Shown here one piece after another: positions 17,692-27,300 of a stretch of DNA of 52,626 nucleotides. The notes beneath the pieces are model-generated. The model was not told the origin of the DNA. It saw only the letters and a program-made list of their open reading frames with translations, and searched no databases. Position numbers and translations under genes: made by a program. How positions within the stretch are numbered: the first letter of the stretch is position 1; each line of letters begins with the position of its first letter. Source of the DNA: a virus (taxonomy: Duplodnaviria > Caudoviricetes); IMG/VR virus record IMGVR_UViG_3300006790_000021, positions 1 through 52,626 of that record; one strand, written 5' to 3'.

Positions 17692-18136
17692 TGTTATCTC
17701 TCAAAATAACAGAACTTATGCGGTCTATCTTAGAGATATAAAATCTCAGACAAAGTTATCAGAAACCAATGCGTTCAGAATCATTGTTGATGCCTTAAGG
17801 GCCATAAACACGAATCCTGCATGGACCCATATTCATGGTCGCATAAATGACAATGTTATCTACTACAAGATAGCCAAGCCTACTTTTAAGGTTAAGCCCA
17901 GATACGGTTGGAGTCTTAGAAGTGTACATAAAATTATTGAAGCTCGCCACCTTGCACCGGTTGGGGGGCCTCATATACAGAAAGACCGCGAATTTGTGTA
18001 TTTGGGTAATATTGCTAACCGCGTAAACCTGGACACAATTGAACTTATGATCAATCACAATGAACCCATAGGGCAGGATATCCTATGGAAAGCAATTCTA
18101 GAATTAAACCAAATAGAAGACTTTAAAACAATTTAA
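17654..18136 (+). CDS. MoxR/vWA-module accessory protein (start possibly 17669)
   Basis: ORF between vWA and MoxR; C-terminal LMINHNEPIGQDIL. Confidence 0.7.
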   Translation: MILLSMYLIKKGDVISQNNRTYAVYLRDIKSQTKLSETNAFRIIVDALRAINTNPAWTHIHGRINDNVIYYKIAKPTFKVKPRYGWSLRSVHKIIEARHLAPVGGPHIQKDREFVYLGNIANRVNLDTIELMINHNEPIGQDILWKAILELNQIEDFKTI

Positions 18137-18138
18137 GT

Positions 18139-19350
18139 ATGGCAAGTTTTAATATTGATGAAGCAAAAGACTTGATGAGATATATCATTACCACAAACCG
18201 GGCTAATACAGAGCTTGGAATTCCTACACGTATCAGTGCTGAACTTATTGGTGACTCAGGGCTGGGTAAGACATCTGCAGTGATTCAGGTGGCTGAAGAG
18301 ATGGAGATGGATTTTGTAAAGCTCAACATGTCTCAGATTGAAGAGGTTGGTGATTTGTGTGGATATCCAATCAAAATGTTCTGTATTACCCATGAAGGTA
18401 AAGAAAAGTGGGTAGCTCAGGAAAGTCTGCTTCCTTATTATAAGAGGGGCTGGATGCCCACAGACAAGCGCCCACAGATGTCCTATGCCATTCCTGACTG
18501 GATTGCTGGCCGTGGAGAAAGCGGGATCTTGCTTCTGGATGACTATTCCAGGGCAGACGTGAGGCTTCTGCAAGCAACTATGGAGCTGATTGACAGGGGA
18601 CAGTATATCTCCTGGAAACTCCCCAAGGACTGGCATATTATCCTTACATCCAATCCGGATGATGGAGAATTCATTGTAAATACCATGGACAAGGCTCAGA
18701 GGGGCCGGTATCTGTCTGCCACAGTACACTATGACTCCAATGTCTGGGCACGTTGGGCAGAAGAAAACCATGTAGACTCTCGTTGTATTAACTTCATGCT
18801 GATGAATGATGATGTGGTAAGAAGTGAGGAAGACCCTTCAAAGGGATCTGATGCAAGAGCGTGGACCAGATTTTTCTATACCATTGGACATCTGAAAGAT
18901 TTCAAGTCCAAAGAATCTCTACAAAGGATTGAACAGTTAGGAAGTATGGCTGTAGGAAGTGACCTGGCACTGTCTTTTGCTACATTTATCAATGGGGATA
19001 TGGACAAGATTCCTGAAGCAAGGAAGATCATCTTCAGCTCTGATGTCAGGAAGACCCTTGCCGCACTGAAGCCTGTGGTATCTCCTGATGGGCAGTACAG
19101 GGCAGATATTGGTTCCGTCATAGGTACCAGGGTAGCAAACCACACTACCATGGTTCTGGAGAAAAAGAAGAAAATGAAAGAAGGTTTCACCCGTCAGGAG
19201 ATGATTGAAAATCTTGGACTAATCATCTCCAGTGAAGTGCTGGGAGTTGATGTGAGCTTTAGTCTTGCTCAGACGCTTATGGCAAGACATTCTTCTATAC
19301 TCAGCCCTATGATGGCAGATAAGAATGTCCGCAAATACTTGATGCAATGA
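18139..19350 (+). CDS. MoxR-like AAA+ ATPase
   Basis: GDSGLGKT, GDLCGYP, LLLDDYSRA, IILTSNP and DARAW; paired with the vWA protein. Confidence 0.88.
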   Translation: MASFNIDEAKDLMRYIITTNRANTELGIPTRISAELIGDSGLGKTSAVIQVAEEMEMDFVKLNMSQIEEVGDLCGYPIKMFCITHEGKEKWVAQESLLPYYKRGWMPTDKRPQMSYAIPDWIAGRGESGILLLDDYSRADVRLLQATMELIDRGQYISWKLPKDWHIILTSNPDDGEFIVNTMDKAQRGRYLSATVHYDSNVWARWAEENHVDSRCINFMLMNDDVVRSEEDPSKGSDARAWTRFFYTIGHLKDFKSKESLQRIEQLGSMAVGSDLALSFATFINGDMDKIPEARKIIFSSDVRKTLAALKPVVSPDGQYRADIGSVIGTRVANHTTMVLEKKKKMKEGFTRQEMIENLGLIISSEVLGVDVSFSLAQTLMARHSSILSPMMADKNVRKYLMQ

Positions 19351-20672
19351 TTGAGCTTAGTAGTATAGTGGATATTAATTCTAATGGTGTTATATCTCTC
19401 CAAAGTCTAGTACACACTGTACGGAAAGAGTATGCAGAGGAGATAAAAAGTTTTGTCAAAATGAATAAGACTTCATCATTACCACCAGGATCAAGACTCT
19501 TTTTTCCAAAACATGTAACTTTCTCAAGAGGAAGGTTTCGGCATTTTGGAGAAAAAAATAAGGTCTCTATAACCCGTAAAAAAGAATTGGCTACTCATGT
19601 AGTGATTGACTCTTTTTGGTTATATGAGATGTTTAATAGATTTGGCAATAGCGAGGTACTAGAACTGAATAATGTAAAGCGCATTATGGACTATCAGTGG
19701 AACTCTGATCTTAAACGGAAATATTCTATTATAGACCGCCATACTATAGTTTCATCTGGTACCGTAACAAATGATACGAATTTTGAAGACTTGCTGGATA
19801 TAGCAAAGAATTATTCAGACGTTAGAGTACTTACCTACAACCAGCTTAATAATTTGATTTCTGACCAAAAGATTGAAAGTTGGGATGAATATCTACGTAT
19901 TGTTGGTCTGACGTATAGTGATGATGAGGGCATGAAAACAATGGGACTTAATTTTTTGTCAGCACTTAATCAGCATAAATATGGTTTTTTAATTTATGTG
20001 GCATTGGCTCATCACTTCTCTCCTAATGTAAGAGGATATGCTCCTGTAAGAAGGGCTCTAAGTAAGGTCATGTATTCTAATATTGGAAAACGGTTTATGG
20101 CTCAATTTAGAAAAAAGCATATGAACAGTTGGAGTATTAATAGTTGGGATAGTTATCTTATTACCAATCCTTACTTCAGTAGTGTAGAAAATGCCTTAAT
20201 AAAGAACGGATTATGGGCAATAAGAGAACTTTACAAGGAGGATAAATTCTTTACAAAGGCACCGCAGATTCCGGTGTGGTTTAGTAGGGTTGTTCTTAAG
20301 CATAGTATTAATGACACACCTGTAGTTAATCACTTATTCAAAGTCCATACAAATTACGGCCTTCTCCCTACAAAAAAACTCAAGGTGTATACAGTGTTTC
20401 GGAAAATAACATTAACTCTATTGGGACCTTTTAAGAGTGAAAACATGGAGTTATTGTTTAATCAAAATACCTCAGATGCTGACAAGCATGAGATCAAATA
20501 TATGTTTGTGCGATATATTAAAAACGTGCATCGTACATTTGGCATTAAGCTGTTTACTATTGCTAAGAACATTGCAAAGGAGTGGCCAAAAGAGGGCTTC
20601 AGTGAGGAAGCATTTGCAAGAGTGGCTTTTTCGCTTATTGATAATGATAAGTATTTGGTAAAAAATAGATAA
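19347..20672 (+). CDS. MoxR-associated hypothetical protein (possible BRCT-like N-terminal domain)
   Basis: ATGA-coupled; FFPKHVTFSR...ITRKKELATHVVI; LTYSDDEGMKTMG. Confidence 0.7.
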   Translation: MIELSSIVDINSNGVISLQSLVHTVRKEYAEEIKSFVKMNKTSSLPPGSRLFFPKHVTFSRGRFRHFGEKNKVSITRKKELATHVVIDSFWLYEMFNRFGNSEVLELNNVKRIMDYQWNSDLKRKYSIIDRHTIVSSGTVTNDTNFEDLLDIAKNYSDVRVLTYNQLNNLISDQKIESWDEYLRIVGLTYSDDEGMKTMGLNFLSALNQHKYGFLIYVALAHHFSPNVRGYAPVRRALSKVMYSNIGKRFMAQFRKKHMNSWSINSWDSYLITNPYFSSVENALIKNGLWAIRELYKEDKFFTKAPQIPVWFSRVVLKHSINDTPVVNHLFKVHTNYGLLPTKKLKVYTVFRKITLTLLGPFKSENMELLFNQNTSDADKHEIKYMFVRYIKNVHRTFGIKLFTIAKNIAKEWPKEGFSEEAFARVAFSLIDNDKYLVKNR

Positions 20673-20690
20673 ATCTGCATCTTTGGTTTC

Positions 20691-21080
20691 ATGAGTAAAA
20701 GGAACCGTACTGCTGGACATAATTGGGAGCGAATATGTATCAGGAAACTGAAACATATCTATCCTGATATTGTCACCAGCCGTAGTGAAAGTAGATCCAG
20801 AGATGATCAAAAGGTTGATCTTATCAATAAAAATGAGTTTAAAAATGGTCCACTTCCTGTGAATATACAGTGTAAGACTCAAGCAAGGACGGTGAATTAT
20901 ACTAAGCTTCTCAACCAAATGCCTGATGATGGGTATAATGTAATCTTACATCAGTTCACTAAAAAGAGTGAAAAAGGCAGATTCATTCCCAAAGGTGAAT
21001 ATGCTGTTATAGAAATGGATTTTTTTATGAAATTATTATTAAATTGGCAATTACACTTACAAGAATCTATAGAGAGATAA
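20691..21080 (+). CDS. PD-(D/E)xK nuclease, Holliday-junction-resolvase-like
   Basis: AGHNWER, KVDL and NIQCK. Confidence 0.75.
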   Translation: MSKRNRTAGHNWERICIRKLKHIYPDIVTSRSESRSRDDQKVDLINKNEFKNGPLPVNIQCKTQARTVNYTKLLNQMPDDGYNVILHQFTKKSEKGRFIPKGEYAVIEMDFFMKLLLNWQLHLQESIER

Positions 21081-21676
21081 ACATACCTACTCTATTGGTT
21101 CTACCAGTCTTTGCATATCAGATTAACAAGATACCCATTGAGCGTAAAAAACTTCCACCCATACCGTTATATATGCTTATGTGGGAATATGGATTTGTAA
21201 ACTCATATCTTGAGCTTGATGAAACTATGATAGTTCCAAAACCTATAGCACTGATTGTAAAGTTCACAAAAGATGTTCTTGAAAACAAGAATCTCACAAT
21301 CAGCGAGTATCATAGCCTGAATGACAGGTTAGTTTCCAGTAGTGTTGTAGATAGTGTATGGAGCACTGTAGATCATGTATTTTATAGAATGCCTATGGCA
21401 ATTAATATTATAGAAGATGTGATTAAGATTATTGATAGTAAATATACTAGAGTAAGCTCTCTTTATAAAAAGATGGCAACCACACCAGTAAAAAAACTTC
21501 CGGATTGGCCAAATAATCCTGGTCATATGATTATGAAGTATAACATGCCTGCAGCAATATTAAAAAGACATAAAATTTTAAGGGAGGAGTTAGAGAAAGA
21601 ATTTGGCGTCAGGGTATCGGATGTCACTGATTTATTCAGAAAGTTCAGCTTTGAGTTTGATATTTACTACCGATAA
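21044..21676 (+). CDS. phage hypothetical protein
   Basis: 210-aa ORF in the operon. Confidence 0.7.
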   Translation: MAITLTRIYREINIPTLLVLPVFAYQINKIPIERKKLPPIPLYMLMWEYGFVNSYLELDETMIVPKPIALIVKFTKDVLENKNLTISEYHSLNDRLVSSSVVDSVWSTVDHVFYRMPMAINIIEDVIKIIDSKYTRVSSLYKKMATTPVKKLPDWPNNPGHMIMKYNMPAAILKRHKILREELEKEFGVRVSDVTDLFRKFSFEFDIYYR

Positions 21677-21699
21677 CTTATCTTTATGGAAAAGAAGTT

Positions 21700-22017
21700 A
21701 TGGTATCAGTACCCAACGCAATCATCCGCCATAAGGGTCTCCTTGTGGACAATACTACCAAGCTAGAAATCTTTCTTCCAGAACTTACGGAACAGCAAGA
21801 TGCAGAACTGTTTCAACATGCCAAACTAAAAGATTCGGCAGTAATTATTATTGAGCCTGACATGTATGATGACATTATAAGTCTGATCAGACAGGCAGCC
21901 CAACTCAGACAAATTCCTCAGTCTCTTTCTGAAGAGGATGTTCTTGATTTAGCAGAACCAGAGCCTGTAGAAGGTGAATGGGCAAAAAATGAAGAAACTG
22001 AATTTAAAAGCAGATAA
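21700..22017 (+). CDS. hypothetical protein
   Basis: 105-aa ORF. Confidence 0.7.
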   Translation: MVSVPNAIIRHKGLLVDNTTKLEIFLPELTEQQDAELFQHAKLKDSAVIIIEPDMYDDIISLIRQAAQLRQIPQSLSEEDVLDLAEPEPVEGEWAKNEETEFKSR

Positions 22018-22034
22018 TTTATTATATTCGGTCT

Positions 22035-22337
22035 ATGAGTGTTTTAGTAGGTGCCATAAAGAGCTTTCTTAAGCAATTTGAGCCGAGTTCCAAAGGTTTG
22101 ACCCAAGAGGGAAATATTACCTATGAGTCAGAAAGGTACACAATGTATAACAATAAGTACCGAATTCATATTATTGTAGAACAGAAACTTGAAGATCTTG
22201 ATGAAGCTTTACGTAGAGCCCTGGATGATGAAGACTTTCATCGTGCAGATAAGATCTCAAAACTTATTGAAAAACGTGGATATGACACTGGAAGAGAAAT
22301 GCCAGGAATTGGAAGAGATCCTGATGAAGGAATCTAA
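22035..22337 (+). CDS. small protein with a UVR (UvrB/UvrC/ClpC M-domain) coiled-coil motif
   Basis: LEDLDEALRRALDDEDFHRADKISKLIEK fits the L..A...EDFE.A..lrd.I pattern. Confidence 0.65.
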   Translation: MSVLVGAIKSFLKQFEPSSKGLTQEGNITYESERYTMYNNKYRIHIIVEQKLEDLDEALRRALDDEDFHRADKISKLIEKRGYDTGREMPGIGRDPDEGI

Positions 22338-22431
22338 TTTTTCCAAAAGAAAAAAATTATTAGAAGAACTCCAGGCGCTATATATGCTCCTGGGTAAACC
22401 AGAAAAAAAATGGATGACAAAAGTAGAATGA
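22282..22431 (+). CDS. small helical hypothetical protein (MTLEEKCQEL...)
   Basis: In-frame ATG within track ORF 22189..22431; bridges the two neighbouring genes. Confidence 0.45.
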   Translation: MTLEEKCQELEEILMKESNFSKRKKLLEELQALYMLLGKPEKKWMTKVE

Positions 22432-22652
22432 TTTTTGGCCTTCAGACTGTTGCAAAACAGTACGAATCAGAAATTGCCACAGATCTTCATTCAATCAAAG
22501 AATTACTAAGGGATCCTGGAATCAGTCCTCCTGCTGAAGGAGAATCCGTATCGTATGGGGTCCATGAGAAATTTCATCATCTTGCCATTCACAGGGTTGC
22601 CCTGATAGAAATTAATAAGATGATTACAGAACTTTCAGAAGAATCTTCATAA
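22410..22652 (+). CDS. hypothetical protein
   Basis: 80-aa ORF before a terminator. Confidence 0.65.
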   Translation: MDDKSRMIFGLQTVAKQYESEIATDLHSIKELLRDPGISPPAEGESVSYGVHEKFHHLAIHRVALIEINKMITELSEESS

Positions 22653-22668
22653 GGTGGTTTAATTCATT

Positions 22669-22695
22669 GGGGCTCCATCTTGGGGCTCCTCTTTT
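22669..22695 (+). terminator. intrinsic terminator (stem contains G-U pairs)
   Basis: GGGGCTCC-ATCTT-GGGGCTCC can pair over 8 bp with two G-U pairs, followed by TCTTTT. Confidence 0.6.
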
Positions 22696-22709
22696 ATCCT
22701 TTCTTACCT

Positions 22710-22982
22710 ATGAAAAATCTAAAAAGTATAGAAACTCAGGATATACGCAATAAGAGTATCCTAAAGTATTATTTATTTACAATAGAGTGTAGCCGTTGTG
22801 AAATGCTAGATGACTGGGAAACTCCTAATTATAAGGAGTTTGTTGAACAACTTGCTGAATCTGGATGGCTTATTGACACCGAATCTAATCAGTTTATTTG
22901 TGGAGAATGTGCCGAATCGCTTGGTGACCTGGGACACCAAACCCGGGATAAAAACCCTGAATGTAAGCCGGGAGGAAATTAA
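22710..22982 (+). CDS. small zinc-ribbon protein
   Basis: CSRC...GW...CGEC; ATG 22710. Confidence 0.65.
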   Translation: MKNLKSIETQDIRNKSILKYYLFTIECSRCEMLDDWETPNYKEFVEQLAESGWLIDTESNQFICGECAESLGDLGHQTRDKNPECKPGGN

Positions 22983-23244
22983 TATAGATGTTATTACAGA
23001 TAATAATGTTGAAACAGGAGGATCTGCTCAACTAATTGTCCATAATGATGAGATCAATACCTTTCAATGGGTTATCATGACTTTTATAGATCTTCTCAAC
23101 CATTCTTCTGCTCAGGCAGAACAGTGTGCTCTAATCATCCACACAAAAGGTAAGTGCCAGGTAAAAAGCGGTCTCTATGAAGATATGCTTATCTTAAAAG
23201 AGGGTTTGATAGACCGTAAACTTAGTGCTACCGTGGAATTATAA
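22924..23244 (+). CDS. clpS: ATP-dependent Clp protease adaptor ClpS (start uncertain, GTG 22924 suggested)
   Basis: LIVHNDEINTFQWVI...HSSAQAEQCALIIHTKGKCQVKSG matches Bacteroidota-type ClpS. Confidence 0.9.
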   Translation: MTWDTKPGIKTLNVSREEINIDVITDNNVETGGSAQLIVHNDEINTFQWVIMTFIDLLNHSSAQAEQCALIIHTKGKCQVKSGLYEDMLILKEGLIDRKLSATVEL

Positions 23245-23252
23245 TCTTAGAC

Positions 23253-23510
23253 ATGCTAAATTTTTGGAATGAGAAAAGAACAATCTCATTAAATAAACCT
23301 ATTGGAGTTACTTATAGAAAATTTATAATCATGGAGGAAACAATAATTCATATAGCATATACCGTGACTCTTACAAACGGATCGGTAGAAATCAGAAGAA
23401 CTATAGCAGGTCCTGAAGGATTTACTACTTCAGAAGCAGCTGAGCATATTCTTCAAGATCTTCCTGGATGGCAGATAGTAAATGTAGATAAAAAATCAAT
23501 AATATGCTAG
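23253..23510 (+). CDS. hypothetical protein
   Basis: 85-aa ORF (start may be the internal MEETII). Confidence 0.55.
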   Translation: MLNFWNEKRTISLNKPIGVTYRKFIIMEETIIHIAYTVTLTNGSVEIRRTIAGPEGFTTSEAAEHILQDLPGWQIVNVDKKSIIC

Positions 23511-23758
23511 TCTTGATGGGATCAATTAGAACGGTCAAACCCCACCTTAAGTTACTTCTCAAAGCAATACTTTCTACTCAAGCAGTATATAGGGCACGGA
23601 CTGGACTAACACGTTGTCCTTACTGTGAAGCTGTTGAAATAGGAAGACCTTATGCTGATATAAAAGACTTATCTCACATGGCAGACTGTATATATGTTCA
23701 GGCAAGAGAAATAGATCACTTATTTCATCTGAACAAGTCAGAAGAACAAACAGTATAA
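23504..23758 (+). CDS. small putative zinc-binding protein
   Basis: CPYC...HMADC. Confidence 0.6.
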   Translation: MLVLMGSIRTVKPHLKLLLKAILSTQAVYRARTGLTRCPYCEAVEIGRPYADIKDLSHMADCIYVQAREIDHLFHLNKSEEQTV

Positions 23759-23778
23759 CAATAAATAATATTAAAGTT

Positions 23779-23937
23779 ATGAAAAGAGTAGAAACACAAC
23801 TAGAAGTCTATAGAGTCGGATTTTTAGTGATGATTTTGGTTTTTCTTATTTCCATTCTAGAATACAGCAAGGTTGTAACAGAATTGAACAACTGTGAAAA
23901 ATCTCTTATTGAGTCTGTAGAGATTATTGAACACTAG
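23779..23937 (+). CDS. small membrane protein (52 aa, MKRVETQLEVYRVGFLVMILVFLISIL...)
   Basis: Translated by hand, below the track cut-off; one hydrophobic helix. Confidence 0.5.
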   Translation: MKRVETQLEVYRVGFLVMILVFLISILEYSKVVTELNNCEKSLIESVEIIEH

Positions 23938-23967
23938 TGTATGCTATTTATAAAGCAGGGGTAGATT

Positions 23968-24180
23968 ATGATAAAACAAAATGATATGAAAGAAGTAACT
24001 AAGTACAGAAACAAAAAATATACGCAGCAGGACGCTAGAAAAATGGATGCCGAACTAGATATAGTACACAAGTTATTAGGAGAGGTATATAATGATGATA
24101 ATTGGGCAAATAAGGTCAAGGATATGCTGGACAGGATTAGCCGATTAGATAATTATAAGCTAAGGAGGAAAACCAAATGA
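23968..24180 (+). CDS. hypothetical protein
   Basis: 70-aa ORF. Confidence 0.55.
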   Translation: MIKQNDMKEVTKYRNKKYTQQDARKMDAELDIVHKLLGEVYNDDNWANKVKDMLDRISRLDNYKLRRKTK

Positions 24181-24181
24181 T

Positions 24182-24370
24182 ATGGAAAATAAAAAATATA
24201 CGTTTAGTTCAGAATCGACAGTCGGTGAGTTAAAAAAAATCCTCAACGAATTACCAGATGATATACCTCCTGAAAGCAGGAGCAGAGCATGGATTTCGTT
24301 TATATTGGTACTACTTTGGGGGATGTTTGCTCTGATCCCCCTTTTTTACTCTAAGGTTTTAGGCGGTTGA
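24182..24370 (+). CDS. small C-terminally membrane-anchored protein
   Basis: TVGELKKILNELPDD motif followed by AWISFILVLLWGMFALIPLF. Confidence 0.6.
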   Translation: MENKKYTFSSESTVGELKKILNELPDDIPPESRSRAWISFILVLLWGMFALIPLFYSKVLGG

Positions 24371-27300
24371 GCTACATCGTTTAAAGATATCACATACTTT
24401 TTTCTCCCCAATAAAAATCTCTATCGGAGAGTTCCCCAAGAAAGCCATAGGAAAGGCTGAGGATGAACTTGAAGACCTGATCCATGAGAAACTACTTGCT
24501 AGCTCTACACTTGGTATTAATGCGCTAGAAACTTCAGATATAAGACTTGAAGGTATTGTAAATACAGAACTAGACTTCTGTGCACTAGAAGAGGCTGCAG
24601 GATCAGAGGAGGCTCCTGATGATACTCCAGGTATCCTACTGGATGTATCTGATGAAGACACTCCGGGAATTAGAGAACTGGGTACTGGACTACTACTTTG
24701 GGCCGGTGAACTACTTTCTGGATCGCTTGAAGGTACTGGAAAAGATGATGTTGGACCAGAAGATGACGCAGGTTCAGAGGATGATGGAAATTTAGAGGAA
24801 CTTGGTTCTCCTGATGAAGACTCTGGACTACTTGAACCTTGTGAAGAGCTTACAGGATTACTTGAGGAAGGTGCAGGAGAAGAACTTTCTGGTGTAGAAC
24901 TACTCTGAGGAGAAGAACTGCCCTGAGAAGAGCTTTCAGGCTCTGAAGATGACTCTGGAGTAGAGCTTGATTCAGGAGTACTGGAGCTCTCAGGAATTGA
25001 AGAACTCTCGGCATCTGAGGATCCTTGGGAAGATGATGCTTTTGCTGAAGAACTCTCTGGCGTTGAAGAGCTTTCTGGTGTGGATGAGCTTTCAGGAGAA
25101 CTGCTACCCTGGGAGCTTGATGCCTCTGTAGAACTTGACTCAGGGGTACTACTACTTTCTGGAGTAGAAGATGATTGAGGAGAGGATGATCCCTGACTAC
25201 TACTGGCTACAACAGATGATGATTCCGGTGTTGAAGACGATTCAGGAGTACTTGAAGATTCTGCATCACTACTACCCTGGCTTGAGCTAGCCTCAGTACT
25301 TGAAGACTGAGGAGTACTACTGCTCTCAGGAGTTGAAGAACTCTGTGGAGAACTTGAGCCTTGTGATGAAGAAGGTGCAGCACTGGAACTTTCTGGAGTA
25401 CTGCTCGACTCAGGAGTACTTGAAGACTCTGGACTACTGCTCCCTTGGCTAGAGCTTGGTACAGCAGAAGAACTTTGAGGTGTCGATGATGACTCTGGTG
25501 TACTGGAACTCTGTGGACTACTACTCCCTTGAGAAGAAGATGGCTCAGCACTTGAACTTTCCGGAGTTGAGCTACTTTCAGGTGTTGAACTACTTTGAGG
25601 AGAAGAGGATCCTTGTGATGAACTCGGTTCTGCTGATGAAGACTGAGGATTAGAGGAACTTTCAGGTGTTGAACTACTTTGAGGAGAACTGCTTCCCTGA
25701 GAAGATGATGGTTCAGCTGAACTTGATTCTGGTATACTACTGGATTCAGACGTAGAACTGCTTTCCGGGGAAGAAGATCCCTGACTGCTACTTGGTTCTA
25801 CTGATGAGGATTCTGGAGTGGATGAACTCTCTGGTGTTGATGATGATTGAGGAGAACTTGACCCTTGAGATGATGAAGGTACTGCAGAACTTGATTCAGG
25901 TGTGCTTGAAGATTCTGGAGTACTGGAACTTTGAGGTGAAGAAGATCCTTGTGAGCTTGAAGGAGCAGCGCTTGAACTTTCGGGAGTACTACTTGATTCT
26001 GGTGTAGAGCTACTCTCTGGAGATGAAGAACCTTGGGAAGAAGATGGAACTGCAGAAGAACTTTCAGGCGTTGAACTACTTTCCGGAGTGCTGGATGATT
26101 GAGGTGATGAGCTTCCCTGACTGGAGCTTGGTACAGTACTTGAGGATTGAGGATTAGATGAACTTTCAGGCGTACTTGATGATACCGGATCACTACTTCC
26201 TTGAGAAGAACTGGGTTCTGTACTCGAACTTTCAGGCGTTGAAGATGATTCAGGAGTAGAAGAACTTACAGGATCAGAACTACCTTGAGAAGAACTTACA
26301 GGGTTGGAAGAACTCTCTGGATTGCTTGAACTTGGTACTGGAGAAGAGGAATCAGGCTCGTTAGAAGAAGATTCTGGAGTACTTGATGATTGGGCATTAG
26401 ACGAAGAGGGTGGTGCTGAAGAAGATGCTGCAGTAGTAGTACCAACACCCCAAAATTCATCAGGAGTATATTGATTGTTATAGTAGGTGGCAATCTTGTT
26501 GGCAGACCATTCGCTATTACTGGTAAAGTAAATAGACATGCTACCATCAAAAGGTATAGGACTAGAAGCGTCATCACGCGCTCCTAATCTCATTTCTACA
26601 CCTGTTACTGTATTACTGCCAGTTATTCCGCTGGAGAGTGTAGAATCTGCCATACCTACCGCAGAACCATTTTTGTATATTGCTCCGGTAGCATAATTAG
26701 AAGGTACAGTTACAGCGTAACTATTCCAACCAGGTGTTGTTCCAACTCCAGTATTTGACTTGACTTCATAAAAGGTTCCGCCAGAAAATTTACCAAGATT
26801 TATAGTTCCGTCGGTTAAACATCTAAAAAACCAGGATTTTAAAGAATTACTTGAAGGATCCCATAATGAGCCACACCACCTTGCTGCATCAAGATTTTCA
26901 AAATTAGCCCACACCCCCATCGTAAAAGCTGAATCAGGGAGTTCCCAGTTTGCACTAATACTTATATAGTTTGTATCATCTGTTTCAAAGTCAATAGCAG
27001 GCATTTCTAGTGGTCCAGATACACTCTTAGATGTGGTTGATCCTTGATAAGTACCATGTCTGAAATTTCCTGCACTATTTTTTACAGCATCTGTTGTACC
27101 TGAAGGAACCTCATTCTGTAACCATACGTTTGAATAATCTGTCCATACGTTATATCTTCCGTAAGTATCTGTATCTGCATATGCAGTTGCTCCCGAATTA
27201 CCAAAGTAGATATAATAGACTTCATGATTTGTAGCATCAGTAGTATCCTTGAAAAATAGTGCACCTGTTTTATTTCCATCATCTATATCTGCAAGATATA

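Noticed and set aside
22810-22923. Long N-terminal extension of ClpS given by the ORF track
   Set aside because: It overlaps the Zn-ribbon gene extensively and looks like off-frame sequence; a later start fits ClpS length better.
24820-26296. Possible CRISPR array or DGR template/variable repeats
   Set aside because: The periodicity is at protein level with synonymous variation; there are no identical DNA repeats with unique spacers and no reverse transcriptase.
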